NCBI GenBank assembly: GCA_050273025.1
Contig: CP158635.1
Location: forward strand, 30,566,001-30,630,000
Source of the DNA: Cenococcum geophilum
Taxonomy: Eukaryota
DNA length: 64,000 bases
Direction: 5' to 3'
Shown: piece by piece, positions 12,041-25,609 of the stretch
Layout of the letters: each line of letters opens with the position of its first letter
Numbering within the stretch: the first letter of the stretch is position 1
Made by a program: the position numbers and the translations under genes
Notes under the pieces: generated by a model
What the model saw: the letters and a program-made list of their open reading frames with translations, nothing else
Databases searched by the model: none
What the model was told of the DNA's origin: nothing

Positions 12041-15000
12041 TGTTGGTTACACAAGGTAATATCACGTAGCTACGGTTCGTAGATAGTATAATAATTGTTA
12101 TTCTGTATTGTATTCTTCTTAAGAATAAGGAAGGGCGAGGAGCTTAGGGCTCCTCGCTACGCTAGTGCCGCGGCGACACGTGACGACCGCTTGCCTCATT
12201 CCCGACACTAGTAACTCTTCTTTTGTGGTTACCATCTACATATATATAGATACCGCTTGACTTGCGTAGCGTTATGGGACTACCCTGTAATACCTTACGC
12301 ACGCCACCAATTAGGCCTAGTCATGATACCGCACTTTGCCGCAATCTGCCGCAACCTGCCGTAATCTGCTATATTCTGCCACGCTATAAAATTCTACTAA
12401 ATTCTGCTAAGCCATAGAGTTCTACTAAGTTCTACTAGAACCGTGATAGCGCATAGTACATGCCTGTTAACTATTACCATTATAATATATACGTCTTGCT
12501 CCTACTCCCTTTTAACCTAACCTTTAACTCGTATACGTAGAGTGTTTATATTAATAAATGTCTCTAGAGCCTTGTTTGGGTTTACCTTTATTATTATATC
12601 TACTAGGTTATCTTAGCTGTTAATCCATTAAATCTTAAAGAGTTCTCGCCGTTTGTAGGATTGCTAAAGTGCTATAATATCAATTATAAGGCGCTTCTCC
12701 TTTATAGTACTAAGCTTGACTAAACACTTATAGAGGGAGTATAAGTCGGTATATATGATTATAGGAATAACGGGAAGTTTAAGTTAATCTATAATTATCT
12801 TTAGGGTAGTTCCAATTGCAATTGCTATGTTAACTCCGCTAACTATTCCATATATCTCTAACGCTAGAACGCTTTAAGTAACATACTTACTCTTAGTTAA
12901 GCTTTAATAGATAAGATTGCCATAGATCGTAAAGTCATTTTCTCTAGTAGATTCGTTTGCGATAATAATCTTATATCCTAACTAGGAGCTAAAATCTTTA
13001 TTATTTACAAACGATCCATTAACAAATACAAAGATCTTAGCAGTAGAGAGATTAATAGATATATAGAGTAGTCCCCTATTAAGATGATTTATTTGCTAAG
13101 AAAGACGCTTATTTAGGGCGAGAACGTTATCCTTAGTTAGTTCCTGGTATTAAGCGGCAATAGAGAGATTAAATAAAGCTTTGGGTTAATAGATAGAAGT
13201 AACATAAGCTCCGCAAGCGCGTTACTTCACATATCCTTACTTTGGAGAATTAACGTTAATAACATTAATCTTCTTACCTTAACCCTTCTGGCGCAGAGCA
13301 ATAGAATCCTTATTTAGGGAGAGAATGCATCTATTAAAAAGTAATAGTGTTATTAAACTAAGCTTTTCCTTTGGCTTTACTATAAGATTTACCTTTACTA
13401 GCTTATCCTCTTTAAGAGCTAAGAATTGGTCGTCTCCTAAGATAATTATATTATTAGTTTATATACCAATAATTCTAAATAGAGTTCCTATAGTTATAAT
13501 AAGGAAGCAGGAATTAAATATAGAAGTAGTTATTAGAAGCTTCTCTTTATAGTACTTACTATAGGTAGCCTACTAATAAGTTCCTACCTTTGTAATTCTA
13601 TATAATAGCTTAAGCACAACCATAATTGTATCTTTAGAATATTAGTAGCGAATTTGCTCTAGAAGGTATGCTAATATTAAGCGCTAAAAGTACGTCTCTA
13701 ATTAGGTGTAGGCCTAAGTAATATCTCGCAAATAGACCGCTATTCTATTCTTTATTAAGAAGGGAGCTAGTATAACAATAACTCGCTAACTAGCTCGTTA
13801 AATTGTAGGAGATTACATAAGAATTATCTCCTTATTATTGTTGTTGTAGCCTTAGATAATAAGCCTTAATTTCTTAAATAGGGCGTTAGTAGCTTTGCCC
13901 TTAATCTCGTTAACCATTCTTAACTTAAAGATGCGAACTTTATTAAACTTAGTAGGGTTATACTTCTTAAATTTAAAGACTCCTCTTATAATAAGACCGT
14001 CGATCTCCTACTTGTTAGATGCTTAGAAAGGAGCTTCTAGGGTTATAATATAACCTTCCTTTTAGAGCTGTTTTGCGAGCTTAAAGTTAGCCTTCTCTTT
14101 AGCTGTTATAAAGGCTATTAATAACTTAACTCTATTCTTAATAGCATTAATAAATTATTCTTTAAAATTAATAAGATATTAGCGATTTTGTGATCCCTTC
14201 GGGCGACCTCTACCGCGTTATAGTTGTGGCGCATCTACTATAATTATATTAGGATTGTAGTCGCCTTCTAGAGTATATTAATTATAGTTCTCTTCTAGGG
14301 TATCTTTTAGGGCATCCTATAAAGGCTCGGAATTATTATTTTTATAGTAAGGCTTAATAACAGTTAAATAGAATTAAGTGGGTCTATAAGGCATCTAAAT
14401 AGTATAAGTTTAACCATTAATTATAATAAGTTAATGTGGGCCTAACTATCCTCCCTTTTTATACTATATGCGTACCTTAAACTAGAGTGGCAGATCAATT
14501 ATAGTTAAGGTATTTAGGCTATTTCTTATTCCTAGTGCGTTATTAACCTAGCGTATAGCATAGAGGCATCGCACCTTCTTTATTGCCTTACGAATTGCCT
14601 TAGCTCATTATATAATAGAGGGAGATAGTAAAGGATTATTAGTTATTTATAGGTAGGCGCTAAAGACTAGTAATATAGGTACGAGTCCATCTAGGCTAGC
14701 GGAATTGTTAATAGCTTTAATAGCTATTTATAAGGTAAGTTCTTTACTAGCGTCCTTTAGTTCTAAAGAAATAATCTTATATACGCGGCGTAATAGTGCG
14801 TAATATTATTCTACTTTTCTAATACTATTATATGCCTTAACGGGGACTTCCTTAACCTTAATTACTATTGCCTTTATCTATTATCGGAACTCTATAGATA
14901 AGAAGTTCTTTCCTATATTATAGACAATTTAATTAAGGGGTCCTAAATAGACATTAATCTAGTATAACCGAAGGGTATCCTATACGTTTTTAGCTAATAT

Positions 15001-18000
15001 ATCTTTTAAGAAACGCGCGGCTTAGAAGGAGGTTAAGAAGTTAATAACTTAAAGTACTGGCTTTCCGCTAAGATATATAACGTTAATAATAATATAGAAG
15101 TTAAAGTTGTAGTTATCCTTAAGGGTGAACTTAAATCGGCTAGGGGACTTCTAGTTTATTTAGCAGTAATAGCAGTACTTTATAAGATGCTTAATTGCCT
15201 TAACCTAAACTTTATAGCCTACTCGCTAAAGAACCCTAAGCAATTAATAAATAGATAGGTGGCTAAAACAACGGTGTAGTTGGCGTAATTCTAACTTAGT
15301 TAAATGGCTCTAAGCAACACTTATTTTTAGTTAATAAAGGAGCAACTAGGGGTAACCCTACTTGCGCACAATAGGCACCCGATTATCTCCCTAAATAAGT
15401 ATATTCTTAAGGTTATTAAGCCTAACGCCTAATTTATTTATATCTTTAATGCAAAATAGAAACGGAGTGTTTATAGGAATAATATAGAAAGTAATATATC
15501 CTAAGGGGGTTTAGACCCTAATTGTGCTAAGAGAGATTATAGTACCTTTACTAAAGCGAATTGTGTATTAGCCTACCGTTAATTAGTTAATCTAAATAGA
15601 GCTATTAAGCTGCTAAAGAGCTCAAACTTAAGGGTTTCCTACTATAGATACTCCTGCGGCTTCTATATCCGGTATAATACTATAGAAGACGTACGTTAAG
15701 TATCTATCGTTAAAGGAAAACGCGGAACTCTTCTTTAGCTTATTAAAGATATCTAATTTCGTAATAGAATGGAGCGTAGATTAATTATTAAGAATAGTAA
15801 TGGTTTATATACCATCTACCTCACTATACTTAGTGAAGTATTAGTTAGGGGAATAGTCCTTAATTTCCATATCTATAAGGAGCTATTTAACCTTATTAAC
15901 CTCACCCTTAAGGTCTTCTACGCCTTTATATTAAACTAGGAAGCTTTAAAAGTAGGCTATAGTAACCTTGCGATTTCTAACATTTCTTATACTTTAACGG
16001 AACTTATTATATGCCTCTTTTCGCTTATTAAGGGAGTATCTAGTTAACTAGCAATTTGGCTTCTTATAAACGTAGCACTTTTTTTAATAATTACTTTAAA
16101 ATAAACCTCTATAAGGACCTCTATAATTACCTTATAGTTAACATTAATTATACCCTTTACCGTATTCCCTACCACGGCCACTATATATTTGGTTAGTCTA
16201 GTTATAATTATATTAGTTAGGAATACTTAGTTAGGTAGGATTTTTAGTATAGAACTATTAAGATTCTTATATTCGCATTATAGTACCTATAACAGAGCGT
16301 AGCTTAGCATATACTCCTTTAAATATGTCTATAGGTTTATATAGCGCTAAGTTATACTTAGGAACGTTATAGCATACTAAGATAACCTAGTCCCTTAGGC
16401 TATTCTCGTTTTAGTAAGTTTTAGTAAGGCTACGTTAGATTTTCTAGAGTTTATTAAAGAGTAGTTAAAGGCACTCTAAATAAGTCTTTATTGGGTTAGA
16501 AGCGATAACTCTTTAAAATATAGTCTTCTGCTATTTAGATATATAAAGCTAGCAATTCTTATTAGTCTTAAAGTAGGCTCTAGTAAGCTAAAGCATTATA
16601 TTAAAGCTATAGTTTTTACCCATAATATAGTTATAATAGAATGTTACTACCCGTCCCTTTAATAGTAGTAGTAATTCTTAATTAATGTCTAATACGGATC
16701 CTATCTAGGCCTATGCAGACTACTCCGTCATAGGGGGAAAACTTGTAATTTACAGGAAGAAAACCCTGCAGTTTAGGGGAGGAAAAACCCTATAAGCCAC
16801 CTTAGTAGGATAAAAAACCCCGGTTTGCTATATCCGTCTGTAGCGGCGGCCCTGCGGGCCTACGGCTATGTCCTGTCCTCCTTAGATGTTCGAACTCCTT
16901 GGGAACCACTACTTCCTTCTCTAGCTTATCCTAGCTAGGGTTCACTACGTCCTAGCTAGGCCTTACCATTCGATTGCTATATACTTATAGTTGTGTTCTA
17001 TATTTTAACTACCCCCTATATGCTATCTCTTATTAACTATTGCTATATACGCCATGCCTTCCCCCCCCTAAGGCCTATTAAAGGCGTAAGGGGGATTTAT
17101 CTATAAACTACCACTATACTAAAAGGCGAGCGGGACGTGTATACCTGAGTATCTTTTATACCTAGGCCCTAGTTACTAGGCCCTCGCCAAGGGTCACTAC
17201 TCCTTAAAAGGAGACAGGAAAACCGTACGGTATTGTCCAGGCTACTAGGTAGTATTTAATAGTTAATAGTAAGTGACCGCATGCTCCGCGGGCGATCGCC
17301 CTAGGGGTTAGGAGGGGCCGTATATTTGCTCGTTGCTCGTTCGTTCGCAATTGCTTATTCGTCAACATAAGAGGTCGTTAATGCTCTCTACTAGGGGTTG
17401 GGGGATATTATCAAATGCCGCGTATCTATGTTGGATTGTATAGGTGCCTTAATAGGAGAATAGTGTTGCTGTTGTTCGTAAGGGGCACTCAGTGGTAGTT
17501 TTCGAGATCTCACCATCCCATATAAAAACTTTTCACCACCACTAGGTCGTATCGCACGCTGTGCAACATCTCTACGTTGGCTCTGAGTCTGAACTTCGAA
17601 GACTTAGGTTCGTAGCCGTCACCACGTACAGGTGCAGAGTCCGTTTTCGACGGCCCGTCCCTTTAATATAATGGAGAAAGCGTAGTGGTACTGGTAGCGT
17701 TAAATTTTAAGCTTATTATAACAGTTATAGAAGACCTATAGTTTTGCTCCGAGTATATTATACAGTTCTCCTCTAAACTTCTTCTCTTTATCTAAATATA
17801 CCTTTATTAAATTCGTAACTTCTTATAGTAGAGGCTTACCAGTTAGCTAGAGTAGAGGAGGTAAAGGCGGAGCAACTCTAAGTAGGAGAGTACCTCTAGG
17901 TAGGAGAGTAGCTCTAGGTAGGAGGTTAGCGTTCTAGGGGTTTTAATATAAATTAAAGTTGCCTTCTAAAGAATATAGGTTATTTTTAGGTTTCCGTAGT

Positions 18001-18970
18001 TAACGTATAATCTTAGCTTCTGTCTATATTAGTTCTTTTATACTAGTAATAACGGCCTAAATATTACTAGTAATTAGGTTACCGTTCTTAGTAATATATA
18101 CCCTAATTCTATAGAGGAAGTCTTAAAAATCCTAAATAATATTAACGTTGCTAAGTGCCTAGGTATCAGCAGTCTATCCTATAAAATCCTCCCTAAAATA
18201 CTCCCATAGTTGTAAATCAGCGTAGCATCTATTTTAGTAGAATATAATATAGTATAAAAGAAAGCTGTTAACTTGTTTTACGGTATAAGTTATTATATTA
18301 AAGGCGAATTTGTCCTAATCTTTATTGATAAGTTTCGCGTGCTTAGCTACCCCTAGTAGTAAGGAGTCTTTTTAGTTATTTAAAGTAGGCGTAGCCATGT
18401 TTTTAGAGGGAGGGAAGTGTTATTAGTATAGGGATTGTCGTTTAGTACGCGTTTATAATGTGTATTTATTATTTAGTACGCGTTTGTCGTTTAGTATGCG
18501 TTCGTGACGTATATTTGCGGTTATAGGGCTTAGGACTAGTTCTAGCCTTAAATCGCAAAGACTTATAAAGCGTGTTATTCTGTGTAATAGACGTAAGAAT
18601 CTGTAATCTTATAAAGGCTTAGGACCAGTTTTAGCTTTTAGATCCTTAAATTTATAGAAGAGTTCTATTTAAGGTTTAGGACTAGTTCTAACTTTAAAAA
18701 ACAGCTTCCTCTAGCACAAGTAGCACTAGTATAGTGGCTCGTCTCTTCTTAGTGGAATACCTAGCTGCTTTATAGTATAATAGTGAAGTTAACTATTAAT
18801 TAGTATTGGTTATATAAGGTAATATTACGTGGCTACGGTTTGTAGATAGTATAATAATTATTATTTTGTATTGTATTCTTCTTAAGAATAAAGAAGGGTG
18901 AGGAGCTTAGGGCTCCTCGCCACGCTAGTGCCGCGGCGACACGTAACGACCGCTTGCCTTATTCCCGATA
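12041..18970 (-). mobile_element. Full-length Ty1/Copia LTR retrotransposon (GalEa-like), inserted in the RT of element B
   Basis: 167-bp LTRs at 12041-12207 and 18804-18970. TSD AAGGG at 12036-12040 and 18971-18975. Minus-strand Copia order: gag (start ~18399; Cys motif ~16040-16080), protease IIPDTGAA ~15670, integrase LHRRFGH ~15270, RT GMQTDD ~13455, RNase H FVDGSFANNKD..SQLGY ~13000 and SKRVTRSVLASE ~12880. Confidence 0.9.
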
Positions 18971-19741
18971 AAGGGCGTTATATAAAATATAGTTAATATA
19001 ATTTTAGAATATAGTGGGCGCGTTATAGAGACTAAATAGTATAATTAATATCTTATAGAGTCCAAACCGGGTAATAAATGCTATAAGCTACTTATAGCCT
19101 TCCGCGATCCGGATTTGGTTAACTGTAGTAATTACATTAAGCTTAGTAAAGTACTTAGTGCTATAAAGTGCGTTAAGTATCTTATAAACTAGTAGCAATA
19201 GGTACTAATTCTTAATAGTAACTATATTTAGGCCTTAGTAGTTATAGTAGATTTATATACTACCGCCAAGTTTTATAGTAAGGAGGAGTAGTACAGTAAC
19301 TAGTAAGGTTAACTTGCGGATAAAACCCTTATCTAGTATCTTGTTAATCCATTTCTTTATATAACTAAGTTTAGCGGGTAAAAGTGGTTTGTTTTTGTGA
19401 CATAGGGCCTACTTTTTAGGTATAATCTTAATTTTATAGTTCTATGGTTAGTAAGGGGGCAGCTTATCTATATTTTTAGGGAGGAAGTGTTTAATATACT
19501 CGCGAAACTCTTTTAGTAAGCGTTATAAAATATCTTTATAGGTTAATCCTAGTTTACCTTTTAGAAACTTTTTAATATTAATATTAACTATCTTTCGCCG
19601 TAGAAACTTAGACTTAGTTTTTTAGTTTATTTTACAGGATTTCTCTATTATATAGTTACCTTTTACTAACTAGTAAAAGGACCTTTCTAATAGGTTTAGT
19701 ACTTCTATTAGGCCTATAGGCAGCTCTTTAAGCAGCTATTA

Positions 19742-21760
19742 CAGTCAAACCCCCTTATAACGATATATATCCTTAATCAATCCTTTTTTGGTGTAATATT
19801 ACGATATTCTGGCTTTTAGTGATATCGTTAAGTTGTCTTACCAATATCGGTATAAGCAGATTTTGATTCGTTGGATTTAACGCTTACTTACCGCATATTT
19901 AGCCATTAATAACCACCACATAACGATTTAAATCTATTAAAATAACCCTTAGATCTTACTCTCTGTACCTAATTCTACCTTATTTACTATAGCAAGATAT
20001 TAAAATTCTGAAAGGCAACGCCGTTATGGGTTTTCCGACTTTAAACGCCAAAAAATACGCACCTACTACTAAAGTTACCCCCACCTGTTATAAAGCTAGC
20101 TCGCTTAATGGGCTACTAACTTCTTCTATCGCAGAATTAATTAATCCTTAATATTGGAAATACTTAGTAATAAGTTTAAGCACCTTAATATAGCTAAATT
20201 GCCACGCGGGTAAGGCAGGCGAGAGCGTAAGAGGGACGCTAAACAACCTCTTTTGGAAGAAGCTCTCTTTAAGTGGCACCAACGCCTATAGAACTCTCGC
20301 ATTTCTATTTCTGGCGAGCTTATACGTATTGCTGCTGCTTAGTTATAGCAACGGATACATGTATTAGCTAAGACAGCGAAGCTAAAGTGGTTTACTGGCT
20401 GGTTAGAAGGCTTTAAATCTCGCAATAATATTTATAAGAGAAAGTAGCATGATAAGGCTGCCTTAGTTAATATGGAGGGAGCAGAGGATCACATAATAGA
20501 GCTTCGAGCAATTATCGCACCTTATCTACTAAAGGATGTTTTTAATATGGATGAAACAGGGCTATTTTGGAAGGCTATACCAGATACTATATTGGCTACT
20601 AAGGCTTAATTAGGAATAAAGAAGCAGAAGGCACGAATCTCTTTAGGCAATTACTGCAATGCAGATGGCTCTAAAAAGCTTCCTCTTCTCGTAATTGGCT
20701 TAGCACAATGGCCACGTTGCTTTGCGGCTAATAAAGTTAATATAGCCTTATTAGATATTATCTAGAGGTATAATAAGAAGGCCTGGATAACAACGGTTAT
20801 TATGCTTAATTGGCTTACCTAGTTTAATAAAAGGATATCTGGCAGGAAGGTGCTCCTCCTAATTGACGGCTTTAGCGCTTACAAAGCAGCTGTTTGAACG
20901 ACCTCCGAGAACGGCTCTCTTAAGAATACGCGCGTCGAGTTCCTTCCCCTAAATTGCACCTCCGTATACCAGTCTCTTAACTAAGGAATAATTATAAACT
21001 TTAAGCTCTTCTACCGAAGATATTGGATGTGGTTTATGGTAGAGCAGTTACTTAAAAACCAAGATCTAATTAAGCAGATGCATATCCTATGGGCAATTTA
21101 ATAGGTAATTGCAGCTTAGCAGGAGGTTATACCGCAGATAATTAAGAACTGCTTTATTAAATCTATACTATTTAGCTCTTGTATAGGCCCATGGCCTCGC
21201 CTCTAGGGTTATATAGATCCTCCTATTGTTAATAAGCTGTAGGTAATGGCAGAAGAGCTATAAGCAGCAGGAAGAATCCGTGCCGTGATGAATATTTAGG
21301 ATTTTATTAAGCTACTAGGTGAGGAAGTGGAGGATTTAACGGAGGATCTTATTGAGCATATAGTAGAGCTCTACGCAGGGCCTAATCGCAATGCAGAGAC
21401 AGATGAGGAAGTCGTTAAGTAACCCCAAATTAAGCTTAATAAGGCGCTTAATGCCTTATAAAAGCTTTATCTTTATAAGGAATAGCAGGAAGATTGTAAT
21501 AGAGACATAATTACGACTCTATTAAGGCATGAGCGACGACTCTAAAATTGACAAAGTCAGAACACCAAACAGCAATCAATTACGACGTATTTTAGTGTAG
21601 CCAATCGCTTAATTGCGACTTCACAGGTGTAGATATATAATATCATTACCTAATTTTGATTTTTGGTGCATTTTATATACAAATACTAAATATAACGATA
21701 CCCTTAGTATTACGATACGGTCGGCTAAATAAGTCGTATCGTTATAAGGGGGTTTGACTG
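19742..21760 (+). mobile_element. Tc1/mariner pogo/Tigger-like DNA transposon, inserted in element B
   Basis: 24-bp perfect TIRs (CAGTCAAACCCCCTTATAACGATA) and TA TSD at 19740-19741 and 21761-21762. Confidence 0.95.
19989..21631 (+). pseudogene. CENP-B/DDE_1 (pogo-type) transposase, RIP-damaged
   Basis: Motifs GWLEGFKSRNNI, DVFNMDETGLFWK, CNADGS.KLP, NKKAW, LLIDGFSA, FLP.NCTS..Q.LDQGII; many TAA/TAG stops derived from CAA/TGG. Confidence 0.9.
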
Positions 21761-24700
21761 TAGTGCTCTTCTTATTTAACTAGCTCTACTAGCTCCGCTA
21801 TATAGATCCTTATTACCTTTACGCCTTTTTATTTATAGAACTAGGTAAAATTAATAGCATAAGTGTATCTAATATTATCTAGGTTAGGGCGTATCTAGTT
21901 CTCTAGTACTATAACTAGGCCACTACGGCTTAGTTAGCTTAGGGGGGCGGAAATAAGGCGGCGGCCCTATATAGTACGTGCGGGAGATAGGTATAAGGTT
22001 AGGCGTTATAGGGGGGAGGTCTTAATTGCTCTGGTTTTAGTTTAGTTATAACGCCCTTAGCTATTATATATATGGTTATATATACGTATAGCAAGTAACT
22101 TAAAGTTAGGTGTTTTATTAGCTAACTTAGGTTAAGCGGGTGTATATAGGGGACTTATAGTTTTAGTAGTATTTATTTTTTTAGGGGTAGGGCAGTAGTC
22201 TAGTCTTTTAAAATCTCTGCTTTATTTACTACGTATATTAGCTTACTAGTATTAGGCACTTCTTTTATTATTAGCTAACGGTATTTAAGCGTTAGCCGTG
22301 TAATACGTCCGCGTAGTACTACTTAGTTATAGTTAGGAATATGTTATAAAAGATAGTTATAGGCGTAGTAATTAGAGTTAAACTTAAGCTCTAGAGCGGG
22401 GAAGTCCGCCCTTAGGTTATACTTTCTAAGCTAGAGTATTTTAAGAATTACTAGTATAAAGGGTAATAACTTTATCATATAGAAGAGTATAGATTCTATA
22501 TAGTGGCTAATTATTATTATTATTATAAAATAGTGGGTAATAAACCTAGATAGGAGTCTATTGGTAAGGCGGAGTAGTTTTAGGACTAGGAGTCTTTTTA
22601 TTATAATTATGCTTTTTTATAAGCGAGTCTTTATTTATAAACGCTACTGATATACTACCGGTGTTAATAAGGCTTACTATTTTAATAAAAACTTATAGGA
22701 GTAGGTTATATAGTAAGGAGAGGTAGGTCTAAATAAGGATGGCATTTTTATCGCTATTTGCTATTTTAAGGTTAAGTAATAGCTAGCTTAAAATAAGGGT
22801 TAACTAATCTAGTAGTATAGATCTAATCCTTTTATCCTCCTTCCTATATAGTTCTAACCCTTAAAGGTAACTTAGTCTAAGGGTTAGCCTTTTAATAGCT
22901 AAATTATAGGGCTTAGCTAGTAGCTGTGGTCTTAACTAGTATATCCTAATATATTAGTCTCTAACGGTATATATATGCTAAAGGGTACTTTATTAATAAT
23001 ATAGCCGGCCTTATAATTAGTAGTAGTATAAAGTACTTATTTATAGTTTGCGTATGGGACTATTAGCTAGGGCTATATTAGGGGAAAGAATTATAAGGGT
23101 AGGTCTCTATATCTAAACCTATATCCTTATCTATAGTTACTATCTTAATTACTATCCCCTTTATTAAAGAATCCGCCGTAACTAGGAGGGGGTTAGCGCG
23201 GTAGTATTAAAAGGGGATTTAGGTTCTTTTAAGGGTTATAAGCATTTTTTTTAGTAGCTAGGTTAACTATATGCTATATAGAGTCTGTTATTTATATAAT
23301 GTCTTTAGACGTTATTAGGGAGACTATTACTACCATTACCAAACTTAACGGCGTTAAGGTTTATTAGGTTATTCTATAATAATATAGGTTAATAGCCGCT
23401 AGCGGTACTTAGCTTAGCGGTATTTAGCTTAGTATAGTAGGTATAGTTCTATAGGTTATAAGTAAATATATCTATCTACTTACTCCAGCCTTTATAGTTA
23501 GCATTATTAATCTTATAGCTAAGGGTAAGGGCTAGGTCCTTTATCTTAGAGGAAATATTCTTCTTAAGTAAATCTACTTTTTATTCCTTAGTCTTATTCG
23601 CTTTAATTATTAACTTATTAAGCTCTACTTTCTAGGCCTAGTAGTTACACTTGCCCTAGCTTAAGGTATCTAGCTTATTTTTAGCTGCTTAGGTTATATC
23701 TATAGTCTTATAGTGCTTCCTTATGTATATAAACATAGACTTTTAGTTAAAGAAGGTCTATTTACTTAAGTTGTTTAGGTATATGCGTAGTATATTAAGG
23801 CTATACTTAATATAGTTATAAGCCTTATTTATTAGCATATCTAATATATAGAAGACTTTATCTATTAGGGTCTTAAAGTACTTTATATCCCTTTAGAAAA
23901 CGCCTTAGATCTTTATTTCCCATATTTTAAATTTTTCTTACTTTTTAGTTAGTAATCCCTTGCTATTAAATAGGGTTAGATTTTTTACTTTACAAATTTT
24001 TTATATAAGACTTAGTTAGAAGAGGGGAGCTAATAGCGGTGTTCTTATTGGCAATAGTTTAGGTAAGTATAGTAATCTAAGAGCTTAGACTTTATATGGT
24101 CTCAGCATATATAAAAGCTTACTATTTATATTATTATATACATAGTTTAAGCGTCTTAAGGGAGTTAATTCTATACTAAGCTTCTTTAAGTTAGGACTTT
24201 ATAGTTTGGCCTTTATTATAGACAGCTTAGAGACCGCTCTTAACGCTAGTTAAAAAGGTTATATATATAAAGAGGTGCTAGAAGGTTCCTACTATATTAA
24301 GGTTTTTAGGGTACTTAGGACTATTTCTAATTGCCCAGGCAATATAGGTATAGGAGGTATTAAAGAGGCAGGCAAGCGCTTTGCGTGTGTTTACTAATAG
24401 GGTATTATCTATATTATAGTCGCCCATTTCAAGGGATCTAGGTAAGGCAATTAAAATCTATAAGGCTGGCTATAATACTAGGATTATTTAAGACTATACT
24501 AAGATTGTTTATGACTGTGCTGGAGTTGTCTAGGACTGTAGGGTGGTGTTATTAGTCGCGCTAGGTCGTAATTACGTTAGGAAAACGGGGATAATAGACT
24601 AGGAAAAAATTAAGATTGTAATGGGGCGTAATTAGGGATACTATAAACTGTTATAGTGCTGCAATAAAGTAGACTAAATAACTACGTTGTAGTATAAAGA

Positions 24701-25279
24701 GGGGAAGAAGGTGGAAAGGAGTATTATATATAAATAGTAGGGCCAGCCACCAAGGCGCTAGTGGTGGGCTAGCCAACGGTAGGAAATAGTGCGAGATAGT
24801 ATGGAACAGTATGCGACAGGTTAGTGCCGTAACACTTACCAATATAACTCTATTATAATAGCGCTATTTAAAAGAAAGGAAACACGCGTATAAGTTATTT
24901 AACTATTACTGCCTTATAAAAACTAACTATACAGCCGGGGGAAGGCAATTAAGACGTCAATTAAAGACGTATATAAATTAAATTATACCTAAAATAATAC
25001 TATAGTATTAAAGATTAACGTTATAAACGTTCTTAACAATTATATAATAGCTATAGTTGCTATTACAAAGTGTCCCTATTTGCTAGGTAGTAGAGCTACG
25101 CCAAATATACGGTATAGGACCACTAGATTTAAAAGTATATACACTAAATCTTAAGAGATAAGTCTCTTTAACTAACTAATTAATACCTTAACTATATCTA
25201 ATAGCCTAAGGGTAAATATAAGAGTAATATGTTAGTAACGCAGGGGATTATAAAAAAAGGATTATAGACTATATCTTAG

Positions 25280-25425
25280 TCTATTATTCACACGCTTGCG
25301 GAGAAGAGGATTAATTAATCTAATTAGTAGGTACGGGCTTAAAGGCATTAATTAAGAATGGGTATATTCGCAAGGCCATTTACAGGGGATTGCCCTGCCT
25401 TAACTAAACGTGATGCCTATAAACC
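25280..25425 (-). repeat. Split direct repeat B2 (146 bp; partner at 25609-25754)
   Basis: Direct match at offset 329 with RIP-type transitions. Confidence 0.93.
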
Positions 25426-25504
25426 CGTGCGCAAGCATATCGCTACAGTATCTATTTATAAAGCCCAAAATATGCAACCAAAGAAAAAGGTGTGGGTAGG
25501 AGGG

Positions 25505-25609
25505 AAAGTAAGCAAGCAAGGCTTAATTTTGTAAATGTTAATAATGTTAGTATTACTAAGATACAGGGGTGCTGCTATAGTACTCGCTTAGCTATATAGA
25601 CATATCTAT
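25505..25609 (-). repeat. Split direct repeat A2 (105 bp; partner at 29918-30022)
   Basis: Direct match at offset 4413 with RIP-type transitions. Confidence 0.93.

Larger units (their letters stand above)
8897..24834 (-). mobile_element. Full-length Ty3/Gypsy chromovirus LTR retrotransposon (family B), RIP-inactivated, with two nested insertions
   Basis: 186-bp LTRs at 8897-9082 and 24649-24834. TSD CTTAC at 8892-8896 and 24835-24839. Minus-strand PPT at ~9083-9100. Chromodomain (WEFEKILD...IKWK...ETWEPE) ~9560-9665. RT YLDD at ~12005-12020 becomes continuous with MPFGLCNAPATFQ (~19000-19045) once the Copia insertion is removed. Confidence 0.93.

Noticed and set aside
3391..13552. Short ORFs listed in RIPed regions (3391-3594, 8362-8634, 13325-13552)
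   Set aside because: Chance stop-free stretches antisense to decayed retroelement sequence or inside LTRs.
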